Below, piece after piece: positions 37,219 through 44,981 of a stretch of 64,000 nucleotides of DNA. Origin of the DNA: Nitrospirota bacterium. GTDB lineage: Bacteria > Nitrospirota > Thermodesulfovibrionia > Thermodesulfovibrionales > Magnetobacteriaceae. Under the pieces are notes generated by a model. It saw nothing but the letters and a program-made list of their open reading frames with translations. It searched no databases and was not told the DNA's origin. The DNA lies in contig JADFXJ010000002.1 in NCBI GenBank assembly GCA_015233615.1, positions 10,667 to 74,666 on the forward strand, read 5' to 3'. Within the stretch, counting starts at the first letter, position 1, and every line of letters begins with the position of its first letter. Both the position numbers and the translations under genes were made by a program.

Positions 37219-37275
37219 CACTCTTAAAATAATGCCCGGCCGCAACATATTTGAGCATAATAGGAGGTTAGCAAA

Positions 37276-38502
37276 ATGAAGGTTATCGGGTCGTTTTTTT
37301 TCTTATCGATGTTTCTCGGTGCCTTAACCGCGTGGAATACCCCGTTCGCCTATGGAGACGTAACCGCAAATTGCGACAATCTGACGAACACGGGACTGCC
37401 GGGCGTTTCGGTAGACGTGTTAAAGCTCCCGGACGGTACGTATCGCGCTTATTATATGGGCATGGGCGGTATGGTATCGGCCAGGTCTAACGACGGAATC
37501 GTTTGGACGCAGGAAACCGGACAGAGAATGGGCCCGGGCGGCGCGATTGTCTCGGTATCCAACCCCTGGGTATTTATCACGAAAGACAACCGCTACAGGA
37601 TGATATACGAGGGCCACGCCACGCCCGGCAACACCACCTCGAACGCTTACTTCTACAGTGCCGTTTCTACGGACGGCCTTAACTTCTCCAATGAAGGACA
37701 GGTTATGTCCGGAATCGCCGAAGACGTAATGTCTCAAACCGGTTTTTACTTCTTAAGCGTACCCGACGGGATACGTTTGAGCGATAACTCCCTCAGGATG
37801 TACTATGTCTCGGACGGGCTTGACACCCGGAGTGCCGTATCTAAAGACGACGGCCTTACCTGGACAAGAGACGGCGGCACCCGCGTCTATAACGGCGTCG
37901 ACCCCATGGTTGCCCGGCTTTCACCGGAGCGCTACGTCATGTTTTACACGGACTTTGCACTGCAGACGAGGACCAGGCAGTTATTTTTTGCCAATTCCAC
38001 CGACGGGTTAAACTTTACCGTCCAATCCCAGCCGGTTGTGAGCGCTACCGGCCAGAACACGGTCGTAGACCCCTTCGTCATAATGGCCGCCGGCAATCGG
38101 ATGAGGCTTTACTTCAGCGTGATGACGGGCCAAACCTCACAGAGTATCTACACCTGCCTCCTGCCGGCTTCATATAGTGCCGATAACTGCGCTTCCACTC
38201 TGTCTGCCGATTTGAAACTCCACGTGCCCGTAGTAGATTACGCCGGAGCATTTTACCGGGCCGACTTCGCACAGAGCCCGTCCCAGGACGGCTCGCTTAC
38301 GTTTACCATTACCTCCGCCGGGGCTATTGCGGATGCAGCCCCTTATGCCACCTGCGGGCACTGCACTCTCGACGCCTCTCTGAAGCTCTACATACCCGTG
38401 GTCTACTACGGCAACACTTCGTACCGGGCTACTTTACAAGGCATAATCTCTTCCGCCGGCACGCCTTCATTTAAGGTGAGCGATGCCGGGGTAAATCAGT
38501 AA
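37276..38502 (+). CDS. secreted BNR/Asp-box beta-propeller protein with two C-terminal repeats
   Basis: SD aggagg and a signal peptide. Asp-box-like SNDGIVWTQE, STDGLNFSNE, SKDDGLTWTRD and STDGLNFTVQ. The C-terminal duplicates are LKLHVPVVDYAGAFYRADF and LKLYIPVVYYGNTSYRATL. Confidence 0.65.
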   Translation: MKVIGSFFFLSMFLGALTAWNTPFAYGDVTANCDNLTNTGLPGVSVDVLKLPDGTYRAYYMGMGGMVSARSNDGIVWTQETGQRMGPGGAIVSVSNPWVFITKDNRYRMIYEGHATPGNTTSNAYFYSAVSTDGLNFSNEGQVMSGIAEDVMSQTGFYFLSVPDGIRLSDNSLRMYYVSDGLDTRSAVSKDDGLTWTRDGGTRVYNGVDPMVARLSPERYVMFYTDFALQTRTRQLFFANSTDGLNFTVQSQPVVSATGQNTVVDPFVIMAAGNRMRLYFSVMTGQTSQSIYTCLLPASYSADNCASTLSADLKLHVPVVDYAGAFYRADFAQSPSQDGSLTFTITSAGAIADAAPYATCGHCTLDASLKLYIPVVYYGNTSYRATLQGIISSAGTPSFKVSDAGVNQ

Positions 38503-38570
38503 TTTCGGCAGGCTTCACCGAAGCTAATGGTAATGGTAATGGCAAGAGTAAGGATGTCCGGGTAAAACAA

Positions 38571-38786
38571 ATGCTCAAGAGGCTCTATTTAAAAGTCGGC
38601 GACAAGGTACGGCACCTCAAACACGAGAGCTGGGGTGAGGGTGAAGTATTGGAGGAAAAACATTCCGACCTTCCCGGTGGCGGTTGCTTTGTGAGCGTAT
38701 CCTTCGATGACGGCGAAGATCGGTACTTCATCAACGACCTCGATCACCAGTGTTGCTGTTATTACTTTGGAATCAGGGTTCTGTGA
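38571..38786 (+). CDS. DUF3553-like small protein
   Basis: LKVGDKVRHLKHESWGEGEVLEE...VSVSFDDGEDRYF fits my recollection of DUF3553. Confidence 0.5.
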   Translation: MLKRLYLKVGDKVRHLKHESWGEGEVLEEKHSDLPGGGCFVSVSFDDGEDRYFINDLDHQCCCYYFGIRVL

Positions 38787-39409
38787 CTATTGTGGCTACG
38801 GTGACTCACTTTACCATACTCCGTAATACCCCGGTGGGACCGCTGTACTTCACCCACGCGGATGACACGCTGGTTGGGCTTTCCTTTAGCCGGCCGAATC
38901 CGGTTGCCCATGGCGATAAGGATACCGAATGCTCCGCTGAGGGCTTGGGTGAAGGCGTTGCCGATAAGCGTCTTTCCTCCGAATTTTCCACCGCGCTGGC
39001 CACCAAAATTTCCTCCGAATATGTTCCCGTACCTACTGCGGTCGGCAGGGAATTCGACGAGTATTTTGGGGGACTGCGAAAAACTTTTGGGGTAAAATAT
39101 TCACTCGAAGGCGTCACCTCCTTTGCGATGAACGTCTATAGGGTGCTTTTGGAAATCCCTTACGGGCAGACCAGGTCTTACAAGTGGGTGGCGGAAAGAG
39201 TAGGTTCACCAAAAGCGTCGAGAGCCGTAGGGCATGCTCTCAGTACCAACCCTCTGCCCATTATCGTGCCATGCCACAGGGTAGTGGCCTCGGACGGTTC
39301 GCTGGGCGGGTTTTCGCCTTCGATAGAAATAAAGATGATTCTTCTGGATATAGAAGCCGGACACTGGAAACCCGACCTTCTACTTACCAGGATCTTTCTT
39401 AGGGGTTAG
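38783..39409 (+). CDS. ogt: methylated-DNA--protein-cysteine methyltransferase
   Basis: IPYGQTRSYKWVAERVGSPKASRAVGHALSTNPLPIIVPCHRVV contains the PCHRV active site. The GTG at 38783 overlaps the previous stop, while the ORF track opens at 38750. Confidence 0.85.
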   Translation: MTIVATVTHFTILRNTPVGPLYFTHADDTLVGLSFSRPNPVAHGDKDTECSAEGLGEGVADKRLSSEFSTALATKISSEYVPVPTAVGREFDEYFGGLRKTFGVKYSLEGVTSFAMNVYRVLLEIPYGQTRSYKWVAERVGSPKASRAVGHALSTNPLPIIVPCHRVVASDGSLGGFSPSIEIKMILLDIEAGHWKPDLLLTRIFLRG

Positions 39410-39760
39410 AAGGAATTCCTTTTTCGGTTATCTGCGTAGAGTTTGGTCAAAGTTAACGCCAAACGGTAATCCGTCCCTCGTATGCGAGCACGTAGTGCGA
39501 TTAAGAAACTGCTTAGTCGTTGGCTATGAAGGACCGGCCGGGATAACGTGCCGCAAAAAACCGCAATTCATCGCAAATTTGCCGCAATTCGTCGCAATGT
39601 TATTGCCAACCCATTGTGCCTGCAATATGCTCCTTCACTGCTAACGATAAGTCGGCATTTTAATCGCACTACGTGTCCGCGAGCGGGGGATGGATTACCG
39701 TTTGACGTTAACTTTGACCGGATAGACATGGATAACCAAAAAAGGAATTCCTTCTAACCC
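39403..39760. repeat. MITE-like element: about 100-bp imperfect inverted repeats around a 155-bp core
   Basis: The left arm (39403-39504, gggttagaaggaattcc...cacgtagtgcgattaa) is the reverse complement of the right arm (39660-39760, ttaatcgcactacgtg...ggaattccttctaaccc). Most positions match. The left end overlaps the ogt stop. Confidence 0.8.
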
Positions 39761-40033
39761 TTAAGTAAGAGCATGGCCGGCAGAAGGACGTGGATGCTAA
39801 TACCAACTTGCATTCATTAGGTTAACTGCGAAGCCAATCGTCAAAAGCTCCCCGACGTAAGTAACAGCTGAGCAAGCTTGTGGCGGCAGAGCAAAATTAC
39901 CGTGCCGGCAGTGGCTGAATAACGGAAAAATATTCGGGAAAATGTTATTATAGCGTAAGGTTTTTTAAACGGGGTTTTCTGAGCAGTAAGGAAACATTTT
40001 ATCATCGTTTTAGGGTGTTTTTGGGAGTGAACT

Positions 40034-40977
40034 ATGAGCACGGGAAGTATTGAGGTTACACCAGAAGTTAAACGAGTACTGGTAAAGCTGGCCGAAGAGG
40101 CCAAAGGCGGGAAACGGGACGTCCTCTTCGACGGCGGTATATCCCACCCCGTAGATGACGCGGCACTTACCGTTCTGCTAAAACAAGCTACGCTTGAGCA
40201 ATGGAAGACGAAACCGGTTACTCGAAACCCGTTACACCGGGCGAACTATGGGATGCGTTAGCAGACCACAAGCCCCGGATGCTTTTTCTCTCCGGTTGCA
40301 ACACCGGCAAGGGGCATGGCGACGGTTCCACCGAGTCTTTCGCCTACCAGATGGTGGAAAAGGGTATACCCGTTGTCCTGGGATGGGGCCTGCAGGTGTC
40401 GGACAGTGGCGCAACTCTATTTACGGAGAAGCTTTACCGCGCCCTGGCCGCGGGCATCGGCATTGGCGATGCACTCCAGAGAGCACGTAAGGCTGTTGGC
40501 GATACATCATACCATCCATGGCCTTTGCTGAGGATATTTACCGACGGTACGGCCGCTAACGCCTATTGTCGATAAAGGCCAGGCGCTCAGGCAAGACACG
40601 GCAAGAGCGGCAACGGTTCGATACCTTAAGGGCGCGGCGGTTAAACTTCTCACCGAGGGCTTCATTGGCCGCAGAAGGGAAGTACAGCGCGGCATAAGAA
40701 CCATTAAGGGCATTGGCGGCAAATACGGTGCCATCATCCACGGCACGGCCGGAAACGGCAAGAGTTGCCAGCCTTAGGCGATCAGCACCCTGCCGTTGCG
40801 ACCTGGTATAACAACATCGGTGAAGCCTGGAGAGCTCTCGGAGAATACGACAAAGCGATCGGTTTTCACCAAAAGGCGCTCGATATAGGTTTGCCGGCCT
40901 TAGGCGACAAGCATCCAAGCACTCAAACAGTGAAAGAAAACCTCGAAATCGCCGTGCGCAAACTTAATTCGCAATAG
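40034..40977 (+). pseudogene. relic of a CHAT-(P-loop NTPase)-TPR gene
   Basis: CHAT-like ...KPRMLFLSGCNTGKG...GIPVVLGWGLQVSDSGATLFTEKLYRAL is in one frame and P-loop IIHGTAGNGKS in another. The P-loop is joined directly to the TPR ALGDQHPAVATWYNNIGEAWRALGEYDKAIGFHQKAL in a third. The NTPase body is missing. Confidence 0.65.
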
Positions 40978-41134
40978 CAATACGAAGTACCTGGGAGGGG
41001 AAAGCCTTCCCCTCGCTCCGGCCGCAAAGGGCGCGTCCTTACGCTACCCCTTCTTTTGCAAGCGGAGTACCCCATAAGTGCGAACTTGCCATCATTCCCA
41101 CCCCTTCCCGTCACTGCATGTCTTTTCCCGAAAT

Positions 41135-41163
41135 CAGAGCCGTCAGCCGAATTCGCGGGCCGC
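41135..41163. repeat. family B core, reverse orientation
   Basis: cagagccgtcagccgaattcgcgggccgc is the reverse complement of ...cccgcgaattcggctgacggctctg. Confidence 0.7.
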
Positions 41164-41276
41164 AACTCCGGGTTACTCCCATGGCGGCGGCGCGTTATCG
41201 ACTTCGTTCGGATTCACGGGAGTTACGGGGCCTTTCGTGGTTAAATTGTTTTACATTTGTAACTAATCGGATGTCT

Positions 41277-41371
41277 GAACTGTGATTTAAATGATTTATT
41301 GATTGACTATGATTCATAATGCGGAAAGCGGACATTTGTTGTTTATCATAGTCTTCATTTAATCACAGTTC
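41277..41371. repeat. 95-bp imperfect palindrome
   Basis: gaactgtgatttaaatga...gactatgat pairs with atcatagtc...tcatttaatcacagttc. Confidence 0.7.
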
Positions 41372-41462
41372 AAGACAATATCTGCCGCATTCCCGTTATT
41401 GAAACACCCGCCTTTTAACACTAACCTGAATAGTTACCGACATTGGTAAATTGACACGACAC

Positions 41463-41538
41463 TAGATCTCTATGGTGAATTCGGTACCGCCGTCTGCGTT
41501 GCTTACCGAAATCTTTCCATTACAGTTCCTTTCGATGA
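41463..41538. repeat. 76-bp relic copy of the 3' end of the histidine kinase gene
   Basis: 71 of 76 nt are identical to 41650-41725, the last 25 codons plus stop of the kinase, in direct orientation. A family A repeat lies between the copies. Confidence 0.85.
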
Positions 41539-41559
41539 AGGTGCAGAAGTGCATAGTCC

Positions 41560-41602
41560 TTGTTCGTGTGTTTCGTGCCCTTGTTCGTGCTTTTCGTGTT
41601 AA
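41560..41602. repeat. family A repeat, copy between the 76-bp duplicates
   Basis: ttgttcgtgtgtttcgtgcccttgttcgtgcttttcgtgttaa. Confidence 0.8.
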
Positions 41603-41648
41603 TCTTTTGTCCGTCCTTATCCTTTACTCGTTTGACCGCAACTTTTTA

Positions 41649-42866
41649 TTAGATCTCTATGGTGAATTCGGTACCGCAGTCTGTGTTTCTTACCGAAATC
41701 TTTCCGTTGCAGTTCCTTTCGATGATGTTTTTTACCATGTACAGGCCGATGCCCCTACCCTTGTCCCTGGTAGTTGAGCAAGGTTCAAAAAGCCGGACCA
41801 TTTGTTCCTCCGGTATGCCGCCACCGTTGTCCGATATTTTAAGACAACACCTTCCGCCGAAGAACGAGATTTCGATGCTGATTTCACCTGAATTCGAGAC
41901 ATTTTGGCCCCTTAGCCTGCTGCCCAAAATAGTGTCCTTCGAATTGTTTAGAAGGTTGAGCATAGCCTGCTTGAACTCGTTATAGTAACCTTCGATAACG
42001 TATGGCCCGTCGCCTTTGTGCTCTAACTTAACGTGTATGGAGTGCTTTTTGAACTGAGCCGAGATTATGGTGAGTACGTCCTTTATGGCGGCGAGGCAGT
42101 CGAAGGTAGTCTTTTCCTTCGAAGGCCTGAAGAAATTCCTGAAGTCGCTTATGGTGTCCGACATGAAGTTGACCTGCTTCATCATGTCGATTACGGATTT
42201 CTTAATATACTCTTTATCGAGCTCTCCAAAGTCATAGGCATCCTCGATGTCCTGTGCAATGAGGGCTATGGAGTTTAGGGGCTGGCGCCACTGGTGGGCT
42301 ATGGCGCCGATCATCTCGCCCATGGCAGCCATGTTGGACTGCTGGAGGGACATATACTCCTTTTGCCGGCACCGGGAAACTTCCAACGCAACCCTCTTTT
42401 CAATCTCGCCTTCGGGTGTCGGCTCTTCTTCGGGAAGCATACCGGCTGGTTTTATATCCGGCACGTCTATCCGGCTGGCGTCCGCCTTGTTATCGGCCAC
42501 CTTGAGACCGAATTCTACGGCCTGTAATGCGATTCCCAGTGCGCCAATAACCGTACCATTGCCATCCAACCCCGGCACGAGTGTACAGTGCAAGTGCTTA
42601 AGCTCTTTCCCTGATCCCATTTCCCAGTCATAAGACACGGCGGTCCCGCTTAGTGCGTCTTCCATCGCACTGACGTGAAGCCCAAAGGATTGACGATCCC
42701 ATATTTCTTCGGCCGGCCGGCCTATCAGTTCTTCCCTTGAAAACCAGTCCACTGCACACCACTTGCCAAAAACGGCAACGATCGTTCTCTGCGCATCGAG
42801 CAGGAAGACGAGACCATCGACTGAGTTTAAAAAATCTTCCAAACCCTGGTACCACGCGCCGATCAA
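41649..42866 (-). CDS. PAS sensor histidine kinase
   Basis: H-box IGAIAHQWRQPLNSI with HATPase N/G boxes (LLNNSKDT, DNGGGIP, GRGIGLYM). The N-terminal region is PAS-like. Confidence 0.85.
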   Translation of the reverse strand: MIGAWYQGLEDFLNSVDGLVFLLDAQRTIVAVFGKWCAVDWFSREELIGRPAEEIWDRQSFGLHVSAMEDALSGTAVSYDWEMGSGKELKHLHCTLVPGLDGNGTVIGALGIALQAVEFGLKVADNKADASRIDVPDIKPAGMLPEEEPTPEGEIEKRVALEVSRCRQKEYMSLQQSNMAAMGEMIGAIAHQWRQPLNSIALIAQDIEDAYDFGELDKEYIKKSVIDMMKQVNFMSDTISDFRNFFRPSKEKTTFDCLAAIKDVLTIISAQFKKHSIHVKLEHKGDGPYVIEGYYNEFKQAMLNLLNNSKDTILGSRLRGQNVSNSGEISIEISFFGGRCCLKISDNGGGIPEEQMVRLFEPCSTTRDKGRGIGLYMVKNIIERNCNGKISVRNTDCGTEFTIEI

Positions 42867-43066
42867 GGTATTAAACCTTTAAACGCAGGCATATTTATGG
42901 GACTTTTGCCGGCGGGACCTTTCTTAAACACCGATGGATCCCTATGAAAAATATGCATTGCATATTATATAAAAAACTACACCCTTTTTGCACTATTTCC
43001 GACAAGCCCAAACTCCGATCTCCGGTCGCAGACGGGACAGGCATAGAAAGTTGTGATTGCGAGCCA

Positions 43067-43114
43067 CGCGAATTCCGCTAATCCCGCGAATCCGGCTGAC
43101 GGCTCTGATGACGG
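43067..43114. repeat. family B core copy
   Basis: cgcgaattccgctaatcccgcgaatccggctgacggctctgatgacgg. Confidence 0.75.
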
Positions 43115-43230
43115 CCCGGCTGAACGGATCCTGAAAGGGGTCAGCGACCACCGAAAATGTAGACGAGATTGCAACGGCCACGCTTGCAACGACATTTTTT
43201 CTATACCAGAATTTGGGGGTTCAAATTATA

Positions 43231-43258
43231 TTGACAAAAAAGCGGGAAAAGTTATATT
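43231..43258 (+). promoter_or_regulatory. candidate sigma70-type promoter upstream of the FadL-like gene
   Basis: TTGACA (43231-43236), a 16-nt spacer, then TATATT (43253-58). It lies about 240 bp upstream of the ATG at 43501. Confidence 0.35.
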
Positions 43259-43500
43259 CTAAATATACTATATATATCATCGGAATTTACGGTTACTGCC
43301 GGAACGTCAATAACAACGAAGTACTATAAAGCAAAATTCGATAAAAATAAGTAACTGTATTGTAGCGGCCAGATGCTTATTAAGTTCAGGGGTACTATAG
43401 AGCCTGGTATTAGCGGGGCCTCTATGGGATAAAGCATTTGCCTGCAAGTAATGAGTGTTTTTTAAACACTCTATTTTTTGATTTCTCTCTGGGAGGTAGT

Positions 43501-44781
43501 ATGAAGAAGCTGATTTTGTTATTAATAACGTTATTGCTCGTTTTGACGTCGCTTGGAGTAGCCTTTGCCACAAACGGCGACAACCTTATCGGGATTGGGC
43601 CAATTTCAAGAGCAATGGGAGGAGTTGGTGTAGCGTCTCCCCAAGATGCGATAAGCGCGCTTTACGGCAACCCCTCTTCGTTAAACTGCAGCGGGTCATG
43701 TCCCGGCTCGGAAGTCGACTTTGGCGGTACGCTCTTTATACCAACACCAAGCACGTCCGTTAACGTGGGCACCAACGGTAACAGCGCCAATTCCGCGAGT
43801 AAAGTTTACCCCATACCCAGCTTTGGCCTGGCCGTTCCACTGGCCGATCAATGGAGATTTGGTATCGCCGCCTACGGCGTAGCCGGCTTGGGAGTCGATT
43901 ACAGGAATTCAGCAATCGACAGACCAAATTACTACGATTTTTCTACCTTGTACGGCAAACCTGCCGGTACGATCACCTATCCCCTGAGCGGCGCGCAATT
44001 TTCCCAGTTTTCGATGCTGCAGATTTCCCCTGCCGTGTCGTACTCACCGACAAAGGATTTCTCCATTGGCGTAGCCGCCAAGATAAACTATGGCACACTG
44101 GACTTTGGCGCGGGCAGCTCGACCGGTTACGGCCTTGGAGCACAGCTTGGCCTAACCTACCGCCCAATCGACATGGTGTCCCTCGGTTTGGTCTACACCT
44201 CACCTATTCCCACAACTTACAAGAGCCTCTATGACTTCAGCGGCACCGGTACAAAAAATGATATGAAACTGGAAGCTCCCCAGCAGATCGCCCTCGGCGT
44301 ATCGGTAGAGCCGGTTAAAGACACGTTCCTGCTGGAAACCGACGTGAAGTGGATAAATTGGGCGGATGCAGACGGCTACAAGGACTTCGACTGGAAAAAT
44401 CAGTGGGTCTTAGGAGTCGGTGCCCAGTTTAAGCCGGTTAAAGGCTTTGCTTTAAGGGCAGGCTATGATTACGGCAAAAACCCCGTTAATCTCCACAACA
44501 ACTTCGTAGGCGCCTCCATGGCCTCCTTACAAGGCCATAGCATGCCCGCTTACTACTTCGAAAATTTCAGGATAGTAGGATTCCCTGCATTAGTCGAACA
44601 CCATCTTACCCTGGGTTTCGGCTATGATTTTTCCACGAGGTTTGCCTTAAACGTTGGATACATGCACGCATTTTCCAATAGCCTCACGGAAAACGGCGTC
44701 AACATGATGGGTACTCCCGTTGCGCTGACATCCAAGCTAAGCGAGGATTCTATAGAATTCGGCCTGACCTGGAAATTTTAA
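43501..44781 (+). CDS. FadL/OmpP1/TodX-family outer membrane transport protein
   Basis: SD gggagg and signal peptide MKKLILLLITLLLVL...AFA. NGDNLIGIGPISRAMGG near the N-terminus and the terminal ...EFGLTWKF beta-strand ending in Phe are typical. Confidence 0.85.
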   Translation: MKKLILLLITLLLVLTSLGVAFATNGDNLIGIGPISRAMGGVGVASPQDAISALYGNPSSLNCSGSCPGSEVDFGGTLFIPTPSTSVNVGTNGNSANSASKVYPIPSFGLAVPLADQWRFGIAAYGVAGLGVDYRNSAIDRPNYYDFSTLYGKPAGTITYPLSGAQFSQFSMLQISPAVSYSPTKDFSIGVAAKINYGTLDFGAGSSTGYGLGAQLGLTYRPIDMVSLGLVYTSPIPTTYKSLYDFSGTGTKNDMKLEAPQQIALGVSVEPVKDTFLLETDVKWINWADADGYKDFDWKNQWVLGVGAQFKPVKGFALRAGYDYGKNPVNLHNNFVGASMASLQGHSMPAYYFENFRIVGFPALVEHHLTLGFGYDFSTRFALNVGYMHAFSNSLTENGVNMMGTPVALTSKLSEDSIEFGLTWKF

Positions 44782-44841
44782 AGGGCGGGTCCCCGGAAAT
44801 GATTTTTTAAGCCATAAATCTACAGGCTATAACGTAAACGG

Positions 44842-44904
44842 AGGGCGCTTTCTAACGCTTCAGGGCTGAAAACAAGCCGAAAGCGCGGGAAAGCGCCCTT
44901 TTTA
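44842..44904 (+). terminator. possible terminator (long-loop hairpin plus T run)
   Basis: agggcgctttc ... gaaagcgccct followed by ttttt. The 36-nt loop makes this uncertain. Confidence 0.4.
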
Positions 44905-44981
44905 ATATCGAAAATACGGGGCCTCAGACGGGGTCAATTCTATTCTACGATCTACAGGTAAAACCCGGCTCCTGCGAGCAA

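Noticed and set aside
41472-41777. 101-aa plus-strand ORF
   Set aside because: It reads through the 76-bp duplicate, the family A repeat and the antisense of the kinase end, so it is an artefact of the repeats.
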